This document shows, in pieces, positions 1 to 10,817 of a stretch of DNA of 64,000 nt (position 1 is the first letter of the stretch; every line of letters begins with the position of its first letter). This stretch comes from a virus. The stretch is taken from IMG/VR virus record IMGVR_UViG_3300008255_000003, positions 32,001-96,000 of that record; one strand, 5' to 3'. Made by a program: the position numbers and the translations under genes. The notes under the pieces are model-generated. The model was not told the DNA's origin, made no database searches, and saw only the letters and a program-made list of their open reading frames with translations.

Positions 1-238
1 CAGGGCCTACGATCTAAAAGTCGGGATGTGTCTTGATGTGGGCGGCTCCGGCTATCCTTACTGGATAGCAGGCATAGAGAAGGGCCGTCAGAACGGCATT
101 GACGTCCTATTCTTAACATTTACTGATCACTCTGGCGTTACATTGCAAGCCCACTGGTTTGCAACGCGTCATGAGTGTTACGAGCTATAATAACGCAGCA
201 GACATGCAACGGTTGCATGTCTGCGCTTGGAGGTTGTG

Positions 239-1096
239 ATGCGTGAGTATATAGAGCGAGTAATTTTCACGACGGCAGTTGAGGCGTATGACTATCCTGG
301 CGTTGTGGTTGAGGAGCTTGAAGCGTTTGAGTGCGGCGGGCGCACTTGGCGCAAGGTCAAGATGGTCAATGAGCCCTATCGCATTGAGAATCAAATAATG
401 CGTTACGCTAGTGGTCTTTGCGGGGCTTGGGATGAAGATCCGCGAGTAGCAGAAGAGAGGCATCGCGTAGTAGAGGAGAAGTGGCGCGCGCTTGTCGCTG
501 AGCAGAAGGCTCAGATTGACGCCATAGATGTCGCTGATGACCTTGAACGCTATTTTAGGCGGAATGAACACTGTCTTGACTATAAGGCCAAGGCACATGC
601 TCGCGAGCGCATTGATGCTCTCGCAAAGCGAGATGCGAAGGCTGAGGCTGAGGCCAAAGCAAAAGAGATCGCGGAAGCAACGCCCAAGCTTCCCAACATC
701 ATATTCATCCCGATCTACCACAACATGCGGTTTTGTCGCTTTGAGATGTCTGTGGTTAAAGGCTTTGACTGGCAGAACAATGTCAAGGTGGATGGGGTGA
801 GTTTGTCTGCGGCTAGCGTCATCGCTGGCGAGTACGTCAGGGCGATCCCCTGGTGGGGCGATATGCCGCCGCAGCGTCTCTTTAGGGATCATGCTCATGA
901 CTTTCAATCATGGGAGCGTGTGACGTTTGAAGGCGAGGCGTACTACCGCGTAGGAAAGATGTTTACATACCCGCGCGAGTACATCGTTTATGACGCTGAC
1001 GGCAAAAAGGTCAGGCGATCAATGCGCCGACTAGATCTCTTTAGTCAGACAGCCCTTGAGTGGACCAAGATCTTTGACATCCCATCGCATCCTTAA
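239..1096 (+). CDS. Hypothetical protein
   Basis: Long ORF with GGAGG RBS at 229-233 directly after a palindrome hairpin. Confidence 0.65.
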   Translation: MREYIERVIFTTAVEAYDYPGVVVEELEAFECGGRTWRKVKMVNEPYRIENQIMRYASGLCGAWDEDPRVAEERHRVVEEKWRALVAEQKAQIDAIDVADDLERYFRRNEHCLDYKAKAHARERIDALAKRDAKAEAEAKAKEIAEATPKLPNIIFIPIYHNMRFCRFEMSVVKGFDWQNNVKVDGVSLSAASVIAGEYVRAIPWWGDMPPQRLFRDHAHDFQSWERVTFEGEAYYRVGKMFTYPREYIVYDADGKKVRRSMRRLDLFSQTALEWTKIFDIPSHP

Positions 1097-1142
1097 ACCC
1101 CTATAGCAAGGCCTGCAACCGTTGCAGGTCTTGGAGGTGTAT

Positions 1143-1541
1143 ATGACCAAGCCCAGGCACCTTAAGAAGCCGTGCGCCCAGTGCCCCTTCCGGGGGAATT
1201 GGCTGACGAAGGGATCAGCCATTGAGATCGTGACAGCCCTTCGCAATGACAAGCCGTTCTCGTGTCATAAGACGGTCAACTATGACCGCGAGCGCGACGG
1301 CATGACTGAGGCCTTCTGCGCAGGAGCCTTGGCTTCAATGCGAAAGTCTGGCGAGCTGTTTAATAACTTCGCCGTCCGCGTTCACGCGATGACCATGCGG
1401 GTCGATGGTTGGCCAGCTAACGTTGATGGTGAAGGCATCCCATCGCTCGATGAATGGATTGACCTCCATGATGACAATGGGCGGAGTCGATTCCCATCTG
1501 GTGAGGGGGTCGAGTTTGATGAGGAGTGTGATGATGAGTGA
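1143..1541 (+). CDS. Small Cys/His-rich, probably Zn-binding phage protein
   Basis: Motifs PCAQCPFR, FSCHKT, FCAGA; GGAGG RBS after the palindrome at 1114. Confidence 0.6.
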   Translation: MTKPRHLKKPCAQCPFRGNWLTKGSAIEIVTALRNDKPFSCHKTVNYDRERDGMTEAFCAGALASMRKSGELFNNFAVRVHAMTMRVDGWPANVDGEGIPSLDEWIDLHDDNGRSRFPSGEGVEFDEECDDE

Positions 1542-2349
1542 GTTTGAGATCTTCGCGCGCAAGTGGCAGCCTAATGAGGTGGTGTTGCCATGCCCGAGCG
1601 CACCAGCACTTAATGACATTCAGGCGGGGTGGCTCTGGCTGCTAGCGCTTGATATTGATCGAGTGCTTTGGGGTCGATGGGCATGGTGGCTTGAGCGTCT
1701 TGAGAAGCGCGACTTTGACACCATCAAGTCTTCTGACATCCCCAAGATCACATTCAACCTCTACCGAGGCCATGAGCCCCACCACAAGGCGCTCAAGATG
1801 CTCAACCTATGTGTTGATACCATTAAGCGCCGCGAAGGGCGCTACAGCGGCAATGGCGCGCTCATGGCGCTAATTGATTGGCTGTCTTGGTCTTTGGGTT
1901 TGCAGGATGAAGCTCCAGGCATAAAGGTTGAGACTCACCAAGAGCTTTATCAGACCTTCTGCCTTGATCTTATCATGGGCGCGCCTTGTGACTATTGGGG
2001 GATCTTACTCTCAGACCTCCAGCACGGCAAAGGCACCACATCGTTTTATCCGACGCCCTCCGAGGTTGTCACGTTATTGACTGACATCATATCTGAGCAG
2101 GATGGGCCTGCCATGAGGAGCGCTTACGATCCATGTCTGGGCACGGGCAGGGCTTTGCTTGAGGCGTCTAATCACTACCTGCTATTGAGCGGCCAAGATA
2201 TAGACAGCTCGGTGCTCAAGTGTGCAAAGCTCAACTTTGCGCTCTATGTCCCTTGGGCGATCGTTCCACCACCGACTGATGAAAAGGTTGTGACCGTTGA
2301 TTCATGTGCCGCAGATCTTGAGCTATTGGAGGGCCTGTTAGATGTCTGA
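1534..2349 (+). CDS. N6-adenine DNA methyltransferase-like protein (SAM-binding portion)
   Basis: FYPTP, YDPCLGTG and GQDID resemble HsdM-type motifs; no NPPY/DPPY seen. Confidence 0.6.
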   Translation: MSEFEIFARKWQPNEVVLPCPSAPALNDIQAGWLWLLALDIDRVLWGRWAWWLERLEKRDFDTIKSSDIPKITFNLYRGHEPHHKALKMLNLCVDTIKRREGRYSGNGALMALIDWLSWSLGLQDEAPGIKVETHQELYQTFCLDLIMGAPCDYWGILLSDLQHGKGTTSFYPTPSEVVTLLTDIISEQDGPAMRSAYDPCLGTGRALLEASNHYLLLSGQDIDSSVLKCAKLNFALYVPWAIVPPPTDEKVVTVDSCAADLELLEGLLDV

Positions 2350-2977
2350 GGTTGCAGTTGCGATGTCCAATGACAAGCTAAGGGCTAAGCTCTTAGATAA
2401 GGTTAACGACCACATCGAGATCTTAAAAGAGCGCGTGGATCTCGTTAAGACTGAGGAGAGCTTGATTGATTTGCTAGTGGCCGAGCTGACCAAGGCAGAG
2501 TATGAGCAGTGGGACTCAAGTGGTGAGCTGCCCTTGTTGATCTGTCTGTATATTGACGATAGCGATGTGGCTTATATTGAAAAGTCTCTAGTTAAAGCCA
2601 TAGACTTTGAGGAGAGGCGCAACGTCAGCTTAACCTTAATGATGGTCATCTCCTTTATAGCGGTGTGGCAAACAGATATGGTTCTGTCACTCTTGCTTGG
2701 TCCGTTCATCTTCGCGGCGTACTTCTTACCATTCCTCTATCAGGGCTATGGTGAGATTGACCGTAAGAGCCTAATCTCACTCCCAAACTTCGACAAGGCT
2801 GCGCAGTATTACTATGGTGCGAGGCAGGGCTTTAAGGATGAGCTTGATAGGGCTGAGGCGGATCGTAATGCCAATAAGATTGGGGCTGTAACCATATCCT
2901 CAGCAGGTGACGGAGGTGGTCAGTTAACGCAGGTGCAATCAGGTCAGCTTGAGGTCTTGAGTGACATAAAGTCTTAA
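2342..2977 (+). CDS. Hypothetical membrane protein
   Basis: Two adjacent hydrophobic segments; start overlaps the upstream stop. Confidence 0.55.
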   Translation: MSEVAVAMSNDKLRAKLLDKVNDHIEILKERVDLVKTEESLIDLLVAELTKAEYEQWDSSGELPLLICLYIDDSDVAYIEKSLVKAIDFEERRNVSLTLMMVISFIAVWQTDMVLSLLLGPFIFAAYFLPFLYQGYGEIDRKSLISLPNFDKAAQYYYGARQGFKDELDRAEADRNANKIGAVTISSAGDGGGQLTQVQSGQLEVLSDIKS

Positions 2978-3000
2978 GCTAACTTATTAGCAAGGATGTA

Positions 3001-3040
3001 AAAAAGAGGCCCCATGCAACCGTTGCATGGGGCTTTTCTT
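3001..3040. terminator. Bidirectional intrinsic terminator-like hairpin with palindrome core
   Basis: GCCCCATGCAAC-C-GTTGCATGGGGC with A-rich left and T-rich right flanks, between convergent ORFs. Confidence 0.75.
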
Positions 3041-3041
3041 A

Positions 3042-3278
3042 TTAGCGATTTTTCTTACGAGCTTTCTTAGCTCTTACACCAGCGCGCCGCTTCGCTTTCT
3101 GGTTGAGGCTCATGCTGGAGCTGTACTTTCTCCGGCGCGACTTCCCGGTGCGTTTGGCGCCTCCACCACCCATGTCAGGCATCGGGAAGCCCCTTGATTC
3201 GGCATCCACAAGAAGGGGCAACATCATAGCTGACACTGCCATCATTCTCTGGTGGTGCTTGTCGTCGTTACGCTTCAT
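3042..3278 (-). CDS. Small basic hypothetical protein
   Basis: K/R-rich C-terminus; last gene of a tightly overlapped minus-strand operon. Confidence 0.45.
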   Translation of the reverse strand: MKRNDDKHHQRMMAVSAMMLPLLVDAESRGFPMPDMGGGGAKRTGKSRRRKYSSSMSLNQKAKRRAGVRAKKARKKNR

Positions 3279-3534
3279 CGTTCTCCTCCAGTGACGCGCT
3301 TACGGCGTATGCGTGCTCTATTGATAAATCGAGATCAAGGTAGGCGATGCTTGAGTAAGCTACGCGCTTACACCATCTCCAAACCTTGGCCTCGTCCTCT
3401 CCACTATCCAACTTGGCCTTAGCCATGACGATAACACTTGAGACGTCCTCTAGGGGAAGCTCAACGGTGCAATATTCATCACGCTCAATCCAAGTCAGAC
3501 GGTGGCGCTCATGCTCATATTTGAAGCTGATCAT
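3268..3534 (-). CDS. Hypothetical protein
   Basis: Overlapping start/stop with neighbours. Confidence 0.55.
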   Translation of the reverse strand: MISFKYEHERHRLTWIERDEYCTVELPLEDVSSVIVMAKAKLDSGEDEAKVWRWCKRVAYSSIAYLDLDLSIEHAYAVSASLEENDEA

Positions 3535-4013
3535 TTGCGATAGTTCTTTACGCCTTCGCTAGCCTCAAGGGCCTCGTGCGCCGCGATGGCTGTGGCGATG
3601 ATCTTTATGAGTTGCGCTTTGGGGTCTGGGCTCTCACCTAGTCGGCTAGAGTATTGAGTAAGGATCTCAGACCATTCACTTGAGGTGTGTGCCATGTCAT
3701 GCCTCAAGCCACCCCAGATCGTCTTCTGCTTAAGGCGTTCAGCCTCAACAGCCTCTAGCATGGCCTTTTGCTTGGAGTCTGCCTTGGGGTCCGAGAGTTC
3801 ACCGTGATGGTCTGCGGCGACCCTGTTGTGGCAATATTCAGTGTCACGACATCGCCATGACATGATGTGCTCCGTGGCATCTTCATTGTCGTACTTGATG
3901 ATGATCTCATGCCTGGCAGCAGTATCATCTTCAATGATGCGACTGCAAAGCTCGCAAAACTCAGAGTATTCTGGAGAGACATGGTGAAGGATCTCGCGTT
4001 TAGTGTAGCTCAT
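3531..4013 (-). CDS. Hypothetical protein with Cys/His motifs
   Basis: CELC...CRDTEYCH; overlaps the sigma factor stop. Confidence 0.6.
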   Translation of the reverse strand: MSYTKREILHHVSPEYSEFCELCSRIIEDDTAARHEIIIKYDNEDATEHIMSWRCRDTEYCHNRVAADHHGELSDPKADSKQKAMLEAVEAERLKQKTIWGGLRHDMAHTSSEWSEILTQYSSRLGESPDPKAQLIKIIATAIAAHEALEASEGVKNYRK

Positions 4014-5746
4014 TCAAAGTTACCCGTAAGGTTGGATGGGATAAACTGCTCAAGAGCCTTCAAGCGTGATGGGTGCTTGAGTTTCTTGAGGGCCTTTGCT
4101 TCGATCTGCCGGATACGCTCCCGAGTAACGCTGAAGTCGTTTCCGACTTCTTCGAGAGTGTGATCGGTAGTATCACCTATGCCATAGCGAAGGCGCAACA
4201 CCCGTTCTTCACGAGCAGGAAGTGTGGATAAGATCTGCCTTGTAGCTTCGCTCAAGGTCTTACCTTCTATCGCTTCATGCTGGCCCTCATTGAGTACGTC
4301 CTCAATGGTGTCCTCAAGCGTGAAGTTGCCATCTCCTATTGTCTGGTTGAGGCTGACGGGTTCATAGGCAAGCTGGAGCATCTGACGCACCTTATCAACA
4401 TGGATTCCCATCTCGTCAGCGATCTCTTGCGGCTTAGGTGTTTCGCCTGACTTCTGAGCCATCGCCTTTTCAATGCGTTTGAGCTTATGGATGGTGTCGA
4501 TCATGTGGACAGGGATACGGATTGTTCGAGCCTGGTCTGCGATGGCCCTTGAAATGGCCTGCCTGATCCACCATGTGGCGTAGGTTGAAAACTTATAGCC
4601 GCGCTGATGCTCAAACTTATCAACTGCGCGCATAAGTCCGATGTTGCCCTCTTGGATCAGGTCCAGCAGTGGTATACCTCGGTGGTCATGCTTCTTGGCT
4701 ATGGATACGACCAGGCGAAGGTTTGATTGCACCATGACAGACTTGGCCCTCATCGCCAGATCTTCGCCTACTGATATGGCGGAGAATGCGATCTCAAGCA
4801 GGCTCATGGGTAACCCAAGCTCTCGCTCTATCGTATTCATCCTCTTAGTTGCCTGGATAAGATCGCCAAGGACAATGTGATGATTATGCTCGTTAACCTT
4901 GGTGCCATCGCAAGCCATTAAGGCGGCTTTCTTCATGCCCTTATTGAACATGGAGTTGATGAATTTGACCCTCTCCAAACTCACCATGAAGATGCCTTCC
5001 ATAGAACGGAGTTCAGCTTCAGCGAGTTTGGCCTCATTGTATTTTGACTTGAGGCCATTCGATATAAGGTCAACGTACTTCTTGGTGAAGTAAAACGAGC
5101 TAATGCCGTTGGTGATAACTTCGACCTCATCTGAGTTTAAGACTGGCGCGCCTATCCTTGAGGTGCTGCTTGTCCTTACTCGTTCAACGTCTTTAAGAAA
5201 CTCATTAAAGCGTTCGATGTTATCAAGCTCGAAAGCCTCCACCGCCTCGGGATCATTGAAGTCGATCTTCTCACCTGGCGCTGCTTGTAGCAGGTCGGAC
5301 GACTTAATCTTTCGCTTACTTAGAAGCGCTCCAATGAGTTGAAGCTCTTTAAGCCCATACTGTGTGCATAGGGTGGTGTTAAGGATGATGCTTTCACCGC
5401 TTGAGATTTGCTCGGAAGCTTCGATCTCTTCTGCCCTTGTGAGGAGCGGCACCCTGCCGATCATCCTTAGATAAGTCCTCACACTGTCACTGCCGGACAA
5501 GCTTCCATCATCAAGCTGACTGCGGCGTTCTGATGACATGATCTTTCGAGGTGTAGCTGCGGCCTGATCACCGATCACTACACCCATGCTGCTTAGGATG
5601 GTTTTAAACAGTATAATGGCTTGAGCGTGTGGATAGTCTGTAATGATGTTGTCCACATCGTGATGACTGATGAAGCCATCACGATAGCCCTTGTAGAATG
5701 TATGCTTAAGCCTTCCAAGCTTGAACCTATCCGTTGCGCCGCCCAT
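4010..5746 (-). CDS. rpoD: RNA polymerase primary-type sigma70 factor (578 aa)
   Basis: Region 1.2 [17 protein letters not shown]; region 2 [11 protein letters not shown]...[16 protein letters not shown]...[31 protein letters not shown]; region 4 TLEEVG...[20 protein letters not shown]; large non-conserved region. Confidence 0.95.
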   Translation of the reverse strand: MGGATDRFKLGRLKHTFYKGYRDGFISHHDVDNIITDYPHAQAIILFKTILSSMGVVIGDQAAATPRKIMSSERRSQLDDGSLSGSDSVRTYLRMIGRVPLLTRAEEIEASEQISSGESIILNTTLCTQYGLKELQLIGALLSKRKIKSSDLLQAAPGEKIDFNDPEAVEAFELDNIERFNEFLKDVERVRTSSTSRIGAPVLNSDEVEVITNGISSFYFTKKYVDLISNGLKSKYNEAKLAEAELRSMEGIFMVSLERVKFINSMFNKGMKKAALMACDGTKVNEHNHHIVLGDLIQATKRMNTIERELGLPMSLLEIAFSAISVGEDLAMRAKSVMVQSNLRLVVSIAKKHDHRGIPLLDLIQEGNIGLMRAVDKFEHQRGYKFSTYATWWIRQAISRAIADQARTIRIPVHMIDTIHKLKRIEKAMAQKSGETPKPQEIADEMGIHVDKVRQMLQLAYEPVSLNQTIGDGNFTLEDTIEDVLNEGQHEAIEGKTLSEATRQILSTLPAREERVLRLRYGIGDTTDHTLEEVGNDFSVTRERIRQIEAKALKKLKHPSRLKALEQFIPSNLTGNFE

Positions 5747-5771
5747 GTTTTATGCCTTCAGTGTTTTGGTG

Positions 5772-6152
5772 TCATCCTGTATTGACGTTCTTGATTACCT
5801 CAAGCGTCACTGTCAGTGATTCTGCACCATTTGCACTGCCTGCGTCGAAGTCAATTTCAAGCATCACTAATACGCGGCTAAAGACTTTGGGAATCCCATC
5901 ACCAGATCGAACCTCTACGGTATAAACAGGCCACACTGAGTTAAACCTCTTGGTGCTATCGGGATGATTGACGATAAAGAAGCTATAGGCTGCAAAGGCA
6001 TCCTCTGGGGTGTCGTGTGGTTCGGTGGTGTGTGCGGAATAGTCTGTTGATATGTACTTACACATTTCATGCCCCCTGGGAATGTGCGCTAAGTCAATTA
6101 TTAACCTGATGCCTGTTACTTCATAGTCCTTATGCGCGTGCAACGGTTGCAC
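5772..6152 (-). CDS. Hypothetical protein (start uncertain)
   Basis: ORF upstream of the sigma gene; listed start lies in a palindrome copy, so the true start is probably downstream. Confidence 0.4.
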   Translation of the reverse strand: MQPLHAHKDYEVTGIRLIIDLAHIPRGHEMCKYISTDYSAHTTEPHDTPEDAFAAYSFFIVNHPDSTKRFNSVWPVYTVEVRSGDGIPKVFSRVLVMLEIDFDAGSANGAESLTVTLEVIKNVNTG

Positions 6153-6219
6153 GTTGACCTATGACTTCTTTGAGGCAAAATAGCCAAGTGCATTAAGTCA
6201 ATACACTGAGGGTATAATC

Positions 6220-7713
6220 ATGTCTAAGCTGAGCATTATTGAGAGCTACTTCCTGAGCGAAGCCAGGTGGAAAAAGGAAGGCGTCACCCTTGAGGATGAC
6301 TATGGAAAGATTGCAGCCCTTGCTGGTGAGGGTCATCACTATCTGAGCTTCACCGCCATTCCCAAGCTTGGGATTAACCCCCAGTCGAAATACAAGACCC
6401 CTTTAGGGATCTACACCTACGCTATGGCTGACGAGTGGTTCTGGAGGGCTTGGAATGAACACCAGTTCCCCTTCGTGGCAGACCAACCATTCGTTCAAGT
6501 CATGCGCGCGCGCAGTGAGTCTGGGCTTGTAGTCATCGAACGCGGCGGGGCACTATCTAAGGGCAAGTCTCTAATTCAGCGTGCCGTTAGTAAGTATGAG
6601 AAGATGATCGACACCGACGATGCTCACCGATATGCGAGCAAAGATGTTGAGCAGTATGACAGGCCTTGGATCAACTCTGTAAAGGGTGATGCCGCCCTAT
6701 TTAGGTGGTACTGGTCTTTCACGCGTTATCTTGCGATTGGTGATAAGGGTGGCAGTAATCGCCTTGCATGGATCTCACTATGGGGCAAGATCATGATGAA
6801 TGATGGTGTCATGATCATTGAGGACCGTGGTACGGGTACAATTCATCAGAATGAGCCTCACCAAGCTGTCGTCTTGTCGATGGCAGCGGTCGATCACGTC
6901 CTCCAAGCCCAGAACCCACTCAATGATGCTAAGGTTAAAGCACCTGTAAGGGGTGTTAAGCGCGAAGGTCGCAACTATAACAAGTTTAAGTCTGAAATCG
7001 CTGTTCACCTTGAGGCGTTCAGGCGTGGTGCTAGCGTCATCGACCAGATGGGTGTGGGCGAACGTCAGATTGATAGTATGCTCACTGAGGCTTACAGGAC
7101 GGCTAAGTTAACACCAGCAGGGCTCAAGAAAGCCTTTTATAAGGATGACGTCAGTGGCTTTGTGCCATCTGGGGTTTTTGAGTTTGAGCGTGAGGCAATG
7201 GGTAGTCTTGCAGATGGGCTTGAGCTTGGTGGTGATCTGGCTAAAACTTGGCTACTTGGTGAAGGTGCGATAGGTACTGAAAAGCGCCTGTCTCTTATAT
7301 TTTCACCAAAGGTCATCGTCGGTTATGACACTTTCGAGTTTAGATATTCCGACATATTCAAGCGCGGCGCCCCCATCCCACCAGATGTTAATTCATACTT
7401 TAGTGTTGAGGTGGGCAAGCTGCGCTTTAACTCTTCTAAGATCCACGTCGGGAACATCTACGGCATAGGTCTGACAAGTAACGTATCCAAGCTTAGCCTT
7501 GTGAATTGCGAGATTAGCATCACCAAAGAAGACCTTATGGAGCTTGGTGATTTTGATGCCGCTGAGGTTAAAGGCGCGATCTCCAATCCTAAGATCTTGG
7601 AAGCCGTCATGAAGGTTATTCTCGCAGGTCAATTCGTGCGGGCAGCAAGGCCAGACGGCCCTGCGTCTGGCTTGAACCTAAGTTTGGTTAACTGCAAGTT
7701 TGAGGTGGTGTGA
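6220..7713 (+). CDS. Paralog family member A (497 aa), conserved N-terminal domain plus variable C-terminus
   Basis: Shares RWKKEG, SFTxxPKLGxNPxSxxxTPLxxYTY, RxYW and DxGxGTIHxxEPxQA with ORFs at 7713, 12392 and 14094. Confidence 0.9.
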   Translation: MSKLSIIESYFLSEARWKKEGVTLEDDYGKIAALAGEGHHYLSFTAIPKLGINPQSKYKTPLGIYTYAMADEWFWRAWNEHQFPFVADQPFVQVMRARSESGLVVIERGGALSKGKSLIQRAVSKYEKMIDTDDAHRYASKDVEQYDRPWINSVKGDAALFRWYWSFTRYLAIGDKGGSNRLAWISLWGKIMMNDGVMIIEDRGTGTIHQNEPHQAVVLSMAAVDHVLQAQNPLNDAKVKAPVRGVKREGRNYNKFKSEIAVHLEAFRRGASVIDQMGVGERQIDSMLTEAYRTAKLTPAGLKKAFYKDDVSGFVPSGVFEFEREAMGSLADGLELGGDLAKTWLLGEGAIGTEKRLSLIFSPKVIVGYDTFEFRYSDIFKRGAPIPPDVNSYFSVEVGKLRFNSSKIHVGNIYGIGLTSNVSKLSLVNCEISITKEDLMELGDFDAAEVKGAISNPKILEAVMKVILAGQFVRAARPDGPASGLNLSLVNCKFEVV

Positions 7714-9158
7714 TGTCTAAGTTAGATATGATCGAGAGCTACCTCCTCAGCGAGGCTCCACGCTGGAAGAAAGAAGGTGTAAGCCTTGAGAGTGACTACG
7801 CTAAGATCGCAGCTATGGCGGGCGACGGTCATCACTACTTAAGCTTCACCGCGATGCCCAAGCTTGGCATCAACCCGCAGTCCAAGCATGAGACGCCGCT
7901 CGGGATCTACACCTATGCAATGGCAGACCCTTGGTTTCAGAAGGTATGGGAGAATCAGCAGTTCCCCTTTGTTGCCGATCAGCCTTATGTTTAAGTCATG
8001 AAGGCTAAGAAAGAGTCAGACATCATCATCCTTGGTGAAAGCTCAATCATCCAAGGGGCGTCGCGCATTAGGACGCTTAACGATCAACACAAGCGCTACA
8101 TCGAGCAAGACTTTGTATTCGGTGAGGCCTTTAAAGAGTTCAAGTATAGGAGCTTACCTTGGGTTGATAGCGCCAGTGGTGGAGTGCGTGAGTTCAGGTG
8201 GTATTGGGCGTTCACCATGCAGCTATCTAAGATGATGAAGGCTGAGCGCCTGTCGTCTATCGCTTACTGGGGCAAGCGCATGATGGGCGATCGCATCATG
8301 ATCGTTGAAGATCGCGGTAGCGGCACCATCCATCATAATGAGCCCAACCAGGCCGTCATCTTGTCGATGGCGGCTGTTGATCATGTGATGCAAACGCAGA
8401 ACCCCCTCCGTGGTGCCAAGAGGCCATTCCCTGGCCACGGTACCCCCAAGTCAGGTCGAGCATTCCAGAGGGCCAAGTTACTCATCAGCGAGAAGATGCG
8501 AGTAATCAGGGACGCCGCGAAGGTGCTTAATGACCTCAAGAGCACCTTCGCACTCTCAGCTCAACTCTTTAAAGCTATGGATCTGGCTAAGAAGTCTGAC
8601 ACTGAGATCATCTCAAGCATCTCCACTGCGGCTGGGATTGATACTGAGAGTAAGACCTTTGGGGATATTGATGACCTTTATTTTACGCTGGGCAAACTTG
8701 TGGCGTTCTGGAATAGCAACACTGAGCTATCGGACATCTTCTTGCGCGGTAAGGATGCTCAGTACGTTGGTGGGTTTATTGATAATGTTGTCGATCTTGT
8801 CTTTATCGAGTTTGATGACATCACGCTGGAGCGAGTGAATATCTTTAACAGCCTTAATGACTTGGAAGGCCTGTCTGGTGTGATGCTTGGCTTTATGAAC
8901 ATGACCATTAGGGATTGCGTTATAGACTTGAATGCACTTCAAGACCTCGCTCTCACCGAGCCCACTAAGAGGCTTGTGTTTGATCGGTGTCGTTTCAAGC
9001 TCAAGGCTATCCCAAGTATTGCGGCTGGTACAACCCAACCCAACGAGAGTCAGTTGCGCGAGATCTCAAAGATCTTTGTTGGCGAAGTCAACGGCACCAA
9101 ATATCGAGATGGAATCAGGCCAGCATTCTTCAAGGATTGCACCTTCGACGTTACCTGA
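7713..9158 (+). pseudogene. Paralog family member B, interrupted by in-frame TAA at 7992-7994
   Basis: GTT TAA GTC ATG aligns with GTT CAA GTC ATG in member A; the frame continues with family motifs to 9158. Confidence 0.85.
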
Positions 9159-9177
9159 ACATGCAACCGTTGCACGT

Positions 9178-9846
9178 CTAGGCCTGTATCTCTTGCTCTG
9201 ACGCGATGAGCGCATCAAAGTCTTCAAGCTCAAGCGGCTTCTTGTATTCTATCTGCCCAAAGGCATCCTCAACGTCTTGGTGCGCCCTGGCTATCTCAAG
9301 CGTGATCCTTTCAAACTGATAAGACCTAACACCCATGACTCGCTCAAGGATGATACTGGTGAGCGATGCCAGACCTACTATGGATAGCGCCACTGCTAAT
9401 GGTCCAATGGAGTAACCAACAAAAGCCGTTAGGATCATCGCCATAGACATTAAGCACATCACACCGAGTAGCACTGAGGTTAAGCGCTTGAGGCGGTCAG
9501 ACTTATGTTGAGCCTCTTCTAGCCTTCTGGAGTTCTCTCTAAAGATGTCTAGCGATGCTTGTTTGGCGCGCGCCATTTCACGCTCAAGCGCGCGCCTCAC
9601 CTCTCTTTCAAGCTCAGCGCCTTTAGAGGTGTCTTTCATAATCCTACGCTCAACCAGATCTGGAGGTGGTGTAAATCTCTTGATCTCCATCATCTCAGAC
9701 TCTCGCCATCCAACACTTTTGCGCGCGACGGGTTTGATGCTTGCTGTGATCTTGAGATCGTTACCATCGAACTTTTTAAGCAGGATGTCATCGAGCGGCT
9801 CTCCGCGCTGATCGGCAAGAGCCTTGACTAGGTGCTTGAGTCTCAT
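9178..9846 (-). CDS. Coiled-coil membrane protein
   Basis: Helical charged region followed by two hydrophobic segments. Confidence 0.6.
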   Translation of the reverse strand: MRLKHLVKALADQRGEPLDDILLKKFDGNDLKITASIKPVARKSVGWRESEMMEIKRFTPPPDLVERRIMKDTSKGAELEREVRRALEREMARAKQASLDIFRENSRRLEEAQHKSDRLKRLTSVLLGVMCLMSMAMILTAFVGYSIGPLAVALSIVGLASLTSIILERVMGVRSYQFERITLEIARAHQDVEDAFGQIEYKKPLELEDFDALIASEQEIQA

Positions 9847-10781
9847 TTCAGCCTCACCAAGATGTCTGCCTGCGTTGTGATGACTTCTGATATGAATTTG
9901 GCGCTAAAATATTCTTGATAGCTTTGGCGATTTTGTTCAATGATTGCAGGTCCAACCAGCACATGATTCATGGCCTTCCTGATAGTGTCTTCGACGTCAC
10001 CAAGCGCAAGCTCTGTGATCATGCTAATCACAGATGGGCTTAGGAGTTCATGACTGTTGGCTTCGAGGTATTTTCTGGTTGCCTTGGATATGTTGTCTAG
10101 CTGCGCAAGGACCGTCATGTCAGACATGTTGAGTGGTATCTTCGAGGTGCGCACCACAAGGTCTGTACTGCCGCCAGACCTGTCATATAAATGCGCGCTT
10201 GCTTCGATCGACTCTTGGTCTGACAGCGCTTTGATTAGTGCAAGGCTGACGGTGGCGCCATGAAAGTCTTTGCAGTCTTTAACCCTGGCGAGATAGCCAG
10301 GCCTTAACACCCAAGTCAGATCGCCATCGATCATAAGCCTGGACAGTCGGATGTTCTGATTGAGCGCGACCTCTATGGTGATAAAGCCAAACCCAAAGAT
10401 CTTATCCAACTCAAAGAGGAGCGTCGCGGTGTCACCAGCATAGACCGTTGGCGGTATGTCGAAGCCTTCAGTGCTCATGATAAGGGTCATCTCATCCCTT
10501 ATCCTTATATGGTGCCTGGCTTTTTCGCTGGATAGTGATGACCCGTGATCATCGCGTTCATCTTTGAGCTTTACGACGTCACTCAATGGATCGGAGTGAA
10601 GCACATCAAAGCGATAGAGCGGCAGTTGAGCGCCCTTGAGGTGTCTTGAGCTGAGCGCCTCATGGTAGTCATCGAGGCTGTCTTGTACTTTGCAGATTGC
10701 CTTGTCTAGGTGCTTGTCGAATGCGGCTATACTCATGGTGTCATCATCTTGGTTGTTGGTTATAAGAAAGCGGCGGCTCAT
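9843..10781 (-). CDS. Hypothetical protein
   Basis: 312 aa ORF whose stop overlaps the next start. Confidence 0.65.
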   Translation of the reverse strand: MSRRFLITNNQDDDTMSIAAFDKHLDKAICKVQDSLDDYHEALSSRHLKGAQLPLYRFDVLHSDPLSDVVKLKDERDDHGSSLSSEKARHHIRIRDEMTLIMSTEGFDIPPTVYAGDTATLLFELDKIFGFGFITIEVALNQNIRLSRLMIDGDLTWVLRPGYLARVKDCKDFHGATVSLALIKALSDQESIEASAHLYDRSGGSTDLVVRTSKIPLNMSDMTVLAQLDNISKATRKYLEANSHELLSPSVISMITELALGDVEDTIRKAMNHVLVGPAIIEQNRQSYQEYFSAKFISEVITTQADILVRLK

Positions 10782-10817
10782 TAGGCCGCCGACTCAACGC
10801 ACTATCACAGGCGCTTG

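Noticed and set aside
185-907. Long antisense ORF (240 aa) and similar shadow ORFs opposite nrdJ, SNF2 and rpoD
   Set aside because: They fully overlap better-supported genes, have no RBS, and show atypical composition.
4010-5746. rpoD as evidence that the window is bacterial chromosome
   Set aside because: No macromolecular-synthesis operon or other housekeeping context; neighbours are ORFans and phage-type replication and lysis genes.
6213-6218. TATAAT as a -10 box for paralog A
   Set aside because: It lies between the RBS and the ATG (1 nt before the start) and has no matching -35.
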